In this document: positions 50,915 through 62,617 of the stretch, piece by piece
How positions within the stretch are numbered: position 1 is the stretch's first letter
Layout: every line of letters starts with the position of its first letter
From: Haliotis rubra
Lineage: Eukaryota
Length of the DNA stretch: 64,000 nt
Reading direction: 5' to 3'
NCBI RefSeq assembly: GCF_003918875.1
Contig: NW_025765451.1
Span: 1 to 64,000, forward strand
Program-made: the position numbers and the translations under genes
The notes under the pieces: generated by a model
The model's input: only the letters and a program-made list of their open reading frames with translations
What the model was told of the DNA's origin: nothing
Database searches by the model: none

Positions 50915-53430
50915 CTCTTGATACCAAAGTTGACATCCAAACATCCTACCCCTTTATGAGTATAACTTCTAAAAGCCATTTAGACATTATGTTTAATCAG
51001 ACATTTGCGGTAGTAGATCAGTACTGACATGAACAGCAAGGACGAGTGACGTCATCAAGAAAATAATGTGTCTTCCGAGACTCTTACGCTGCAATAGAAG
51101 GATACCTAATCTACCTCAACGTTCTGCACATTAAGCGTGTTGAACCCTGAACAAACATATAATTACAGAATGAGTTATGAGACGCAATTTGACACCTGAA
51201 GCATTTCCAGTGAAATTAGTTGGACAGAACTGCTGAACACTATACCGAGCCAAGTGAAAGCCACTGATGTTTATATTGCTGCTGCAAAGCTTCCGTTGAT
51301 GATGTGGACATGGTTTATCACACACCGAGTTAATCAGTTAGATGTTAGCCATCCTTCAATGTCCGAACTGAAAGAACTCTAGAACTATTCACACTACCGA
51401 TATCTTCCAGGAACCTTTCATGAACATTGGGAAAAACATATCTGTGATCAATATTGAATGGTTTCTGAGTTGTTATCTGTAAACGAATTCATTCCAAACA
51501 TTCAAATTTGCTGCTGAAGGGTTCATCTTTTGTGTGGTGTACTTACCGCGTCGTGGCCTGAGCAGACGACACTCTACCAGCCGTATCCTGGTGACACATT
51601 AAGATTTTAATTTTGTTCTAGTTTGTGTTTTCGCCTGTTTCATCTCCATTTGGGTATTGGAACATAAGAGGTCTAAAATGTGCACCACATAGTCAACATG
51701 GGCCCTGAGTGAGTGAGGGTGTGAGTCCTGTTTATCGCTGCTTCCTTCAGCAATATTCCATCCTGTCTCGTCAAAGACATTCACCGTGGATCACGCATCT
51801 ACCATTTACACACTATAAGCGATGTACACACTTCAACACCACTTATTCACTCATACCTGAAATCCATTCCTGATAAGATGGCTCCCAAGGGGGCTCAGAG
51901 AAATATTGTTAGTGAAAATAAATAATCCTGATTTAAAAAGACCAATTATGAATAAATGTGCACATGTAAGAGCACAACAACAGCAGCCAAATATAAACGC
52001 CCCTCGATACTTGTACCGAGAAACGTAATGGACTAGTGTTCTTCGAAATGCACTCTCTCGTGACATCTTTGCTTTTCCTCAACCTAAGTTCCGTCTTTAG
52101 GAGGCCTCTAGACTGGTTCTGATGTTCGACTCCCCTGACGTCGCGGATTAATGTGCAGCCCGTGGGTGAAGCTCGACCAGTCTGACATTGATTATCATAC
52201 AATTCCTTCTCACATTAACCTGCTGACAAACAGAAAGTTTTCTTTTGGAGTTCCGGAAATGAAAGATTGGCACGTACCGCACGTTTATGTTTTACAGAAA
52301 TAAAAAAAACGCACCTACACGAGTCAACATAGATCAGTTTTGTGTCGCGTGTATTTGTGATATATATATATATATATAAATGTAGTGTACTGGTGATAAT
52401 TAGTTGTGTTGCTAGTATGATCTGGGTGACCGGAAGCGGCATGGCCTGTATGGGGTATTCAGGAATAAAGTATGGGACTGTCAAGACGTGTCTCTTATCT
52501 GTGCATGTGAGGAACCCTGCCCTGGCAAACACTACACTACCAGTACATATTATGACTCCCACATCGACTGATGTGATGAGTATAGGCTTCACTGTGGATG
52601 TAGAAGAGCGTTTTCTATCGAATTGATATGTGTGAGGCATGGCGATTCAAAGCACGTTTCTGTCTTCGATAAAACTAAACACGACTCCATTTAATTGTGC
52701 TGTGTCGTAACACAAAATCCCCCCTGTCTATAACAACATTAATTTCATCCTAATACAACAGGTGTATGAATACAACAGTGTTGCAAATATTAGGCTAATT
52801 GTCCACAGTTTCTATCTACACGGGGGCGTTGAAGTAGCTCAGTGGTTATTGTGTTCACTCATATCGTGTCGATCCTATAAAGAGATTCATCCTGAGATGT
52901 CAACTTCTGGTTTCTCGTCATATGTCTAGAAATGTTTATAAGACTTCACTCACTCACTCACTCACTCACTCACTCATCCACCCACACACACACTTACTCC
53001 CTCACATACCAGTATCGCAGTAAAATTTAACTTTTTAGTTTGGTGTCCCGGCTTCAAGAGTTATATCACGTTACATGACGTCACAAGACCTCGATCTGTT
53101 CCCCTAAATATTGTCACGACATTCTCCAGCGAATCAACCATAAATATTCTTGCTCTAATGATCTGGATATGTTAATCAAGCATAAGAATTTGTTTACCTT
53201 AGTCTCTTGTATAAGATTAGAACAGCAAAACAAACACCGGATGCTGCTGTCATGTCACGTGTTAATCGTTGTGCAAACACCACCTTGGATCTGTACAATG
53301 ATATTATAATTAAACGATACGTGATACTTATCAATTGAAGGATACTGTTTTCAGGAACACTGATTCTGGTCAACTGTTCCACGTTAAAAGGAAAGAACAC
53401 GACGCCCTGCTAAAACCGAGTAAAATGAAG
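50915..53430 (+). pseudogene. cGLR-like pseudogene, type Y copy
   Basis: Homologous to 42130-43570 and 25660-27930. Confidence 0.52.
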
Positions 53431-53795
53431 CATTATGCCCTCTTTTTAATTCAAATGATATCGGAGATGAATTTCACTTTCTGTTTATTTGCCCTACCCT
53501 GGTTATGGTAAAAGAAAAACAACATCAACAATTTTTCTGTGGAAACCCAAATATGAACAAAATTAACCAGCTTTTCAACTACAATAAACTAGGAACAATT
53601 ACGGAATTAGCAATATTTGGCAAAATAATAATCTCTTATTTTAAGCAACGTCCCAAATAAGGAAAACAAATAACGTATTAGTGTAACATCGTTCATTTAA
53701 CTGGTTACATTCATGTCCACACATAGTTTATTCTATTAACAGCCAATATGTATATATTACTATTCTGTGCATCATTCATGTATTCAACATATATA

Positions 53796-55320
53796 CTCTC
53801 CCAAAAAAGAAACGCATCATGAAAATAGCAATTTCATGTAGCAATGAATTAAAACGTGATTCATTTTACAAAAGATTTTTCTCTGTTTATGAGTCCTATG
53901 GTGTCTATGTTTTGAAACATCACAACAAAACGCACCATCTGTAAAATACCCCTATTTAACAGCATGATTTTCAATTTTGGCGTGTAGTGTCACAGAATAC
54001 ACAATTCACATGCAATGCACGTGAAAGTTGGGGATCAGATAGTCTCAATGATGGGTACAAAAGGTTGATCGCTGTCTGTCGATTATTCACTGTATTTGGA
54101 ATATTGTTGATGAACGCAAAATGCCACGTCTCAGTGAAGCCAACCGTCATATCGCCATTGGTTTGCTTGAAGCTGGCCAGTCTCAACGTGCAGTTGCCCG
54201 ACGCATGAATGTTCACCAAAGCACCATTTCACGGCTCTGGGAGAGATATCGCCGGCAAAATGCGGTAGCAGATGCCCCTCGTAGTGGGCGACCTTGGGCG
54301 ACCACTGCGGCGCAGGATCGCTACATCCGGGTACATCACCTGCGTCATCGAACAGCTACGGCGACCAGTACCGCTCGACAAATACCCGGATTGAGGAGGC
54401 TTTCTGCACAGACCGTCAGGAGCAGGTTGAGAGAGGCTGGTTTACGTGCCAGAAGACCTTATTTTGGCCCTGTGCTTCGACAACAACATCATCGACATCG
54501 AGTTCAATGGTGCACCAACGTTCAGGCCTGGAACCTACCGAATTGGCGTAGAATCTGTTTCAGTGATGAATCACGATTTCTGTTAGAACGACGCGATGGA
54601 AGAATGCGGGTGTACAGACGTCGACGTGAACGTTTCGCCGACGCTTGCGTTCCCCAGGTGGACAGATTCGGCTGGGGCAGTGTTATGATGTGGGGAGAGA
54701 TCACCCGCCGTAGGAAAAGTGATTTGGTGATGATCCAGGACAACCTGACAGTTCAACGGTACTGTGACGAAATCCTACGCCCACACCTCCTTCTAATCAT
54801 TGATCGCCAGAGGGATTTGTTTCAACAGGATAATGCCAGGCCCCACACAGCACGTCACACTAGATACTTCCTCCAGAACCACAACATCAATGTGCTCCCC
54901 TGGCCCTCAAGATCACCGGAATTAAACCCGATCGAACATCTATGGGATGCCCTGGACAGACGGGTGCGACGCCGTAACCCTCAGCCCCAGACACTTCAGC
55001 AGCTCGCACAGGCACTACAGGCAAAGTGGGCTGCGATTGGGCAACACGAGATTCTGAAACTTATTTGTTCGATGCAGAGGCGATGCCGTGCAGTTCTGGA
55101 TGCCCACGGTGGTCACACGAGGTATTGACTTCAGCGCCACCACACGTCTCCATGTGACCCTCAAACTGACTTTCCTCGAGTTGGTGCCAAAGACGGATAA
55201 GTCTGCATTCCCAGTGTGCAATTTCGCTATATTTCATTGACTCATAAAGCCTACAAGATGTTTCAAAATAAACATAAATATACAGTTGAAATTCCTATAT
55301 GCGTTTCTTTTTTGGGAGAG
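53796..55320 (+). mobile_element. Full-length Tc1-family DNA transposon (1525 bp)
   Basis: Perfect 22-bp TIRs ctctcccaaaaaagaaacgcat / atgcgtttcttttttgggagag, flanked by TA. A diverged empty site is visible in the paralogous block near 28150-28200. Confidence 0.96.
54121..55128 (+). CDS. Tc1 transposase, uninterrupted 335-aa ORF, DD34E
   Basis: Paired-like HTH N-terminus, PRSGRP, FSDESRF, FQQDNARPH and SPELNPIEHLW; 34 residues between the second D and E. Confidence 0.95.
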   Translation: MPRLSEANRHIAIGLLEAGQSQRAVARRMNVHQSTISRLWERYRRQNAVADAPRSGRPWATTAAQDRYIRVHHLRHRTATATSTARQIPGLRRLSAQTVRSRLREAGLRARRPYFGPVLRQQHHRHRVQWCTNVQAWNLPNWRRICFSDESRFLLERRDGRMRVYRRRRERFADACVPQVDRFGWGSVMMWGEITRRRKSDLVMIQDNLTVQRYCDEILRPHLLLIIDRQRDLFQQDNARPHTARHTRYFLQNHNINVLPWPSRSPELNPIEHLWDALDRRVRRRNPQPQTLQQLAQALQAKWAAIGQHEILKLICSMQRRCRAVLDAHGGHTRY

Positions 55321-58300
55321 TATATAAGTTGGACATAATAATGCTGTAAATATGTACGTCTAATGAGAGCGTGGCTGGAGTGTAAAAACAGTTCAGTTCA
55401 GTTCAACTACCTCAAGAACATACTGCCTTCCTGTGGCAAATTCTAAAGTTCATTTTTGATGTCCGAGGTGTGTGGTTTCAACTCCTTCTGCAACTGCCAC
55501 AACCTCCTTTTCTGGCTCCGTCAGACTTTCATCTGTTCCCAAACATGAAAAAAACTGTTTCCTGTGCCAATTCGAACGATGACGTCATCGCACAAGTGGT
55601 GACTTTTGAAAAGGTCAAGAGAAAGACACAATGGAACCAATTCCCTCCCACAGCCATGGCAAAAGTATCAGTGTGGAAAGGGTAATAATTCATTTTGGTA
55701 TCTGTAGGTCATGTTTTTCTATGTGAAGGTAAATCACCTTATCAATCAACTCTATGTAATCCATACAAGAGAAAAAGTGACTATAGCTGAACTTGGAGAA
55801 TTCAATTTACGAAAGTTAAGCATTTTCCAGTACCTAATATTCTTGCAATCCCAACCCCACCCCTTGACTTAATGGCAGGAATGAAAACTTGTTCAGGTCT
55901 ACCATCAACCCTTCACATCTTGTTCAGCCTTCTGATAACTCTGAAAGGGTAAAACTAAATTAAACGATCTCCAACTGGTGTCGACTTTTCACAGTCATCT
56001 CAAGGGGGCGATATGGAAGAAGAAAAGGGAAATTTAATTTTACCAAAGAGCGATGAGACTTCCCAACCGAGTTCACAAGAAAGACACAATGGAGTTAGAA
56101 CAAGAAAGGAGTCATTCCGTCTCTAAATATTAACCTCACCACACAGATGAGTGTCCGTGAGTGGATCGCCAAGGGTTCAGCTTACGTCAGTTTTACTGTC
56201 CCGCGATGTTTTAGTGCTTCAAGTGTAATTATGTTTAATATTATTAGGCTTGCACCATCTCCATATCAGATAGTCGTATTGCCAGTAGCTTAATTACGAC
56301 TTGAATCAAGATCGATGAATGGACAAACTACTAAGGTAATGATGAAGGTCAGATAATGCTGAGGGGAAAGATGGAAATATTCATGAATAGCATTTATTTA
56401 CCAACATAAAGGACAGCTAGAATTCATTGTTGATTGAAACGAATGCACGTACATGACCACTTAGAATGCTTGCATGTTCTTGTTACGATGCTTGCATGCA
56501 CTGAGAGTTCATGGCCATTTAGAATGCTTGCATGCACTGAGAGCACATGACAACTTAAAATGTTTGCATGCAATGAGAGTAAAAACCTCTTATGATGCTT
56601 TCAATCGCATATAAAATATTCAGTTAAAGGTAAAACGGAGAATGGAGAACGATGGCGTCTGGCTCACATATATCAGTAGCTACTGTTTCTCGTCACTTAC
56701 ATCATTCTGTTGAGTTTTCCTCAGTCAGAACTTTGACCGCCATGTTCTCCTGTGTTTGATTTGTTTGTTGGCAATATTCCAGCTAATATCTACATAATCG
56801 TGTCAGACCACACAATCCAGTGATCAACATCATGAGCATCGATCTTCGCAGTTGGTATACGATGACGTGTGTCAACCAAGTCAGTGAGCCTCACCAGCCG
56901 ATACGCGCCTGATCACCCGCTCTCCGTAGATGTATCCATGCATTTCGACACGGTTTGATTTCAAGGTAGGCTAACGTGAGAATTTAGATTTTGAAACTGA
57001 AAAGGAAAGAAAATCTAGACTTACTTCATGGACTCTGTGAATGAGGCGGATGGGAAAATGCTCTTGTTCCGGGACTGTGAGACTGTGACGAGGGTGTCTA
57101 GCCTTTGAAATTAGTATAAACAAATGGTATCGGTAGTCTGGTCGGTGTCTGTGGTAGTGTGCGTGTTGTGTATGGTTGTTATAGGGTTGTGCGGGGTTGT
57201 TATAGGGTTGTGTGGGGTTGTGTAGGGTTGTGTTATAAGGTTGTGTTATAGGGTTGCGTGTGGTTGTTATAGGGTTGTGTGGGTGTCACTGAACACACCG
57301 GCAACTTCAATGACAGGTGTAGATGTTAAACATAGTTAGCTGCTAACTCCCAGTTTGCGGGATTCGGGTGGTCTATTTGGAGGATATTTGGGCTCAACGA
57401 GGAAAACACATAAAATCGTATTTAAAACTGAAAAAAAAACATATAAAATTAAGTGAGTGCGTGCGGTGCCGCAATTTAGCTTCAATTACACCCGTATAAA
57501 CTAAGACCCTGATCTGTTAGTTTTCATTCTGCCTTTGAAGTGCTAGTTTTAACATGCGCTATTAAGACTTACATCCGGTCGACTCCTTCCAATGAGATGC
57601 ACACCTTGAATACCATTTTGGGATTCAGGAATGGAACTGGTTTCCAGCAACCTATCGCTGAATGAACGAGAGGTCACGCGCGATATCTTGGTTGAGTATA
57701 TATTGGGGATGATTGCAGCATTTATATCATATCATATTTATTCAAACAATCAAAACCATTTTCCAACAGTTACTTCAATTGAACGTCATGTAAATGCAAA
57801 CTGAATAGAACTGAACGTCATTACACAAAACCCCGGTGTTTACTTCAGTGACAGTGATAGTTGTTTGTTCATCGTGGGTGATACAGCGGTGGATGTCAAA
57901 GAGCTTCTCGTGATTAATCCGCGAAGGTGGTGGAGATTTTACTGCCGCTTCAAAGACTTCTAAGAAAATACTCCTGGCTTTCCCGATGTATGTTACTATG
58001 CAGGTGTTGGGGAATATATGTTTCAATAATGCAAAATTTAATTTTTTTAACACTGGGACATTGACTTGTTTTTATCTAAATATCCAGACTGATGTAAAGT
58101 ATTGTCCAATGATAACTGGAGTTGTCCTGACCTCTTTCTTTCTGTGAAGATGCATTTCAATCTTTTTTAGTGTTGAATATAAGTGTAATTATTCCAAAGT
58201 TATATTGCACTTTTTAAAGTTAAGAGTCAGAAGATTTCATAACATTGGTTTTTTTGTAAATACTTAGTTGTCATGAATGTATTACTAAATAATGTTAGCC

Positions 58301-58629
58301 TTTGTGCTGAAACTACTGTATTTTGATGCTTTTCGTCGCCCAGTGTAATCTGGAATCTTCTGGAGGATGTGGACTAATCCAGAATTGTATAGAACTTTCA
58401 AGAAGGAATCGGGACTACATATGTAGGCAAACACATGTCCCTATTCTCTCATATTACATCAAGATAAGCAGTAGGTGTGAAGTTAACATTTTAGGACTAT
58501 TTTGGGAAACTTGATAACTTGTGCAGCCAGGTTATAATTCTATAATCGCTGACTTATCAGACACTGATATAGTTCAATGCTGCCACTACAACTTGTATTC
58601 CAACTCTTGTTTGAACTGTTATTGTGGTG

Positions 58630-59055
58630 GGCAGAAAAAAATCCTCAGAAAAAAGTGCTATTTTGAAAAATGAATTTTTGACAAAAGAATATTTTTTTTA
58701 GTTTTTCATAGCGTTTAGTGACATTCATGTATTGTATTTTCATACAACAAATGTAAAATAGACAGATCCTGTATACATTAGAGGTTTTCAGCTTTACTCC
58801 TACTACAGAATATTAATGTCTGCTGACTCATATTCATTCTGTTTCCACGCCACGCCACGCCATACAGCATAGGTCGGGAATGTCTATTGAGTCATTAAAA
58901 AGATAAAAGATCAATTTGACTATTTAATAACCCATATGTGTGAGCTATCAATATTTTTCTAAAATATTTGACATCAAACTTGATGAATAAATAGGTTTTT
59001 ATTACAATAGGACTTTTTTACCGAGGACTTTTTTCCTGCGGATCTTTTTTCCTAC
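58630..59055. mobile_element. Probable MITE
   Basis: gaaaaaaatcctcagaaaaaagt at the left is inverse to reiterated aggacttttttcc-type motifs at the right. Confidence 0.4.
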
Positions 59056-59187
59056 AATCGTTATTGTGACTACTTTGCTTGCAGTGATTTGTACAGGCTT
59101 GTGAACCTAGTGAATTTGATAATATAACTGACAGTTGTAGAACATTTTGCGATTTGGATGAACATGAATACATGAGAATAACTTCCT

Positions 59188-59900
59188 AACAAGAAGACAA
59201 AGTCATCAATATCCCCCGCAATAGCAAAATATTCTTCATGATTATGTCTACGAGTTATGATTATGTCAAATATTTAGGTGTGTATATAGAAAAGTGCAAG
59301 GAGAGTATTGAAAGGTTTTTAAAGTTCTGCTCCAGAAAGGAGCACTATAACTAATTTCAGTCTATGTCAAACTTGTTGCCATGGAAATGCCAAAAATATT
59401 TTATTCAGAAATCCAAAATTACCAAAAGGCACCAATACACCACCAGATCTATGTATGTGCCAAGTTTGGTGAAGAAACATTGAGCGGTTTTAGAGTTCAG
59501 CTCCGGAAAAGAGCACTACCACCAATTTCAGGCTAAGTCGAACTTGTTGCCATGGAAATGCCCAAAATATTTTATTCATGAATCCAAAACTACCAAAAGG
59601 CACCAGTTCACCAATAGACCTATCTATGTGCCAAGTTTTGAGAAGAAACATTGAACGGTTTTAGAGTTCTGCTCCGGAAAAGAGCACTACCACCAATTTC
59701 AGCTTAAGTCAAACTTGTTGCCATGGAACACAAAAAGTATTTTAATCAGAAATCCAAAACTACCAAAAGGCACCAGTAGACCACCAGATCTATCTATGTG
59801 CCAAGTTTGGTGAAGAAACATTGAACGGTTTTAAAGTTATGCTCCGGAAAAGACAAATGTGCACGGACGCACGGATGGAGTTCATTTTAATACCCCCCGC
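59188..59900. mobile_element. Non-autonomous element carrying a tandem array of about 3.3 x 171 bp (Helentron-associated/HINE-like)
   Basis: Unit marker ctcc(g/a)gaaa at 59330, 59501, 59672 and 59842; aacaag start, ggacgcacgg microsatellite and a repeated at(a)ccccc(c)gc near both ends. Confidence 0.55.
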
Positions 59901-60349
59901 AAGATCAAAATGTGTCATGTATTCATTTTGCTATTTGTTGGTTTCACACTGAATTCTGGTTTTATAGATTTCTGGGTTAACGTTCAGTTTGCAACTTTGG
60001 GTATTACCTAGAATTTATAAATTTGAAAAGTTTGTGCAGGAAATGTAATAACACAGTAATCAGTAAAATTGTGTGGTCCTAACTTTTTTCTAAAGTGTAA
60101 TGTAATAAGGATGTTCTCATATGTCTATGACATTTCACTCCAGTATACAATAGGAATGAGTTTAACACCTTGTTCGAATGCCACAGTGTCTCAAGCATGA
60201 AAAACAACACCTCTAGGTTATCCAGGCCCTTCATGAAGACGGAATATCATCAATTCATCACCCTACATGGCCTCAATGAAAACATGAACACAATGCAAGA
60301 TGACATTCTGATTTATATATACAATTTATACAAAGGTAGCTTTGGCCTT

Positions 60350-60565
60350 GTTAACCATCTCCCATAGAGTAAAAGGCTGTATCACTTTGCATTGCTAACA
60401 ACCTCCCATGATGTCAAAGGCTGTATCACTTTGCATTGCTAACAACCTCCATGGTGTCAAAGGCTGTGTCACGAGACCTAGATAAAAAGACCTCCGTGAG
60501 TATGAAAGTCTGTGTCACAGGGCCACGCTAACCACCTCCCACAGTGTCAAAGTTTGTGTCACTTG
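60350..60565. repeat. Tandem repeat of about 44 bp in the presumptive RFC5 3' UTR
   Basis: Repeated tcaaaggctgtatcac...ctaacaacctccc. Confidence 0.7.
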
Positions 60566-60585
60566 TCCCACAGTATCCAAGGTGG

Positions 60586-60685
60586 TCACTTGGCCTCGCT
60601 GACCAGCAGGTCTCGTGCAGTCTGGAATGCAGCAATCATGGAGCTCAGCTGGATCTTCTCACTGGTTCCTGATGCCAGGCGATAC
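60586..60685 (-). CDS. RFC5: RFC5 last coding exon
   Basis: ttcag acceptor then (E)YRLASGTSEKIQLSSMIAAFQTARDLLVSEAK-stop, the recognisable RFC5 C-terminus. Confidence 0.94.
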
Positions 60686-61053
60686 CTGAAATATAAGCAA
60701 GATGTTGTGACCAGTCACATTCCCCAGGAATGGAAGCTGATATTTCAGTAAAGGTCCCATAGCCACTGGTCTGTTTCAGTTAAATCATATCTTTTACTGT
60801 GATATAATACCACTCCAAGTGAGAGTCTCGAGGCCTCTCCACACTACAGGTGAACTTTCAAATCACTCTGCATCAAGGCTTTTTTATATTCTCAGTACAA
60901 GTCAGAACAGTCAGACCAGCATGTCGGAATTAATTATCTCTGAAACAAACTCACAACAACGAATCAGGACTGTACATAACGGCGCTGCTGCTGCTGCTGC
61001 TGTTTTACCCACTCCGTCAGTTCTGGCCCCTATGGTATTGAAGGTACACTTAC

Positions 61054-61108
61054 TCTATGTCAGCCAGTTTCTCCAGCAGATAGACTCGCACATGGATTGG
61101 CAGGTCAA
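61054..61108 (-). CDS. RFC5: RFC5 penultimate exon (55 nt)
   Basis: cag acceptor, (V)DLPIHVRVYLLEKLADI(E), gtaagt donor. Phases are compatible with both flanking exons. Confidence 0.93.
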
Positions 61109-61199
61109 CTGTTGAGGCAGAGAGGAACAATGTAGCAACTGTCAATTAGTAAATTGGATAATTCATGTGACCTTAGTAACTTCAGTTATTAAGATGGCA

Positions 61200-61710
61200 T
61201 AACGTAAGTTTGATCATTCACAAGGCCTGAAGTAATTTTGATCATTCTTATAGCGCAAAATAACTGTATTTATTTGTATGGCCTTAAAGGAACTTTCAAA
61301 ATGTTCCTATGGCCTACAGTCGAACTTTAATAATTCACATGGCCTCAAGCAACTTTAATTATTTGCATGGCCCAAAGTACCTTTGATTGTTCATATGGCC
61401 CAAAGTACCTTTGATAATCAATACAGACAAAAGTAACTTTGATAATAGATGACCTAAAGTAACTTTGATAATAGATGACCTAAAGTAACTTTGATAATTC
61501 AAATGGCCTACAGTAACTTTGATAATTCAAATGGCCTACAGTAACTTTATATTCTGTCTGCCGAAAGTTATTTTGATAATCTGTTGGACAAAAGCAATTT
61601 TGATAATGTTTTGGGCCAAAGTAACTTTGTTTACATGTAAAATTATTTTGATAATTCCTAGTATGATACAACTGACAATTTGTACAGCCAGATATAATTT
61701 TCATAATCTT
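61200..61710. repeat. Degenerate minisatellite of about 29-32 bp in an RFC5 intron
   Basis: Repeated ggcctaaagtaactttgataatt. Confidence 0.8.
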
Positions 61711-62157
61711 TGACTGACTGACTGACTGATTGAGTTTGGTTTTACTCCGCTTTTAGCAATATTCCAGCAACATCACGGCGGGGGACACCAGAAATGGGCT
61801 TCACACATTGTACCCATGTGGGGATTCGAACCCGGGTCTTCGGCGTGACGAGCCAATCATAATCTTTGAGAATCTGTATGGCCAAAGTAAGTATATCTCT
61901 ATGACCATAGTCAAATTGATAACCTATACAGCCAAAGCAATATTGATATTCTGCATGGCCAAAGTTTTTTTCATCAACTGGAATAGTGGGGTAGCCTAGT
62001 GGTTAAAGCATTTGCTTGTCAGGCCGAAGACCCTGGTTCAGTTCTGTACATGAGTGCAATGTGTGAAGCTAACTTCTGTTTCTGTCCCCCAACATGATAT
62101 TGCTGGAATATTGGTATATCCAGTGTAAAACCTTCCTCTTGTGGTGGTGGTGGTGGA

Positions 62158-62497
62158 ATTGGGTTTAACGTCGTGCTTGAGAATATTTCGCTCATATGAC
62201 AACGTGCATGCGTGTGTATGTGTATGTGCGGCTGCTTGTACTAGCCCAGACTAAAGCTGGTTTTATAGTGCTAGCCCACTGAGATACCATGCCGCAGTGA
62301 AACATGAATACCCCACTCAGACACATTATACTGACTCCGAGCAGACCGGTCCTTGTTGTACCCACTAAAGCCGAGTGCCAGGCAGGGACCAACAAGTACC
62401 ATATTTTAACGTCTTTTGGTATGACGCGGTCGGGGATCAAACCCGCGACCTTCCGCTCTCCGGGCGGACGCTCTAACCACTACACCACGGAGGCGGA
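62158..62497 (-). mobile_element. SINE family A, full copy in an RFC5 intron
   Basis: Highly similar to 20907-21266. Confidence 0.85.
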
Positions 62498-62539
62498 CTC
62501 CTCTTGTGAATCCAATATGACAATCAAGTGTTGACCTAC

Positions 62540-62617
62540 CTAGATGGACGTACTGGTGGACCTCGGTCAGGATGTCCTGGAGGGCCAGGCCTTTGGCCAC
62601 CTTCAGGTGGCTGATGT
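62540..62617 (-). CDS. RFC5: Replication factor C subunit 5, internal exon (78 nt); upstream exons lie outside the window
   Basis: Translates xISHLKVAKGLALQDILTEVHQYVHL, matching the RFC5 C-terminal KGLALxDIL motif. Donor gtaggt at 62539; acceptor is gag. Confidence 0.92.

Larger units (their letters stand above)
38200..52360. repeat. Recent tandem segmental duplication: about 38200-43570 versus 45455-52360
   Basis: Long near-identical stretches including the shared Rex1 insertion; the second copy additionally carries a Tc1. Confidence 0.92.

Noticed and set aside
52380-52550. Insert of about 170 bp specific to one type Y copy
   Set aside because: The ends are only loosely inverted and it cannot be classified.
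57775-58053. 92-aa minus-strand ORF
   Set aside because: No recognisable domain, non-ATG start and no exon support.
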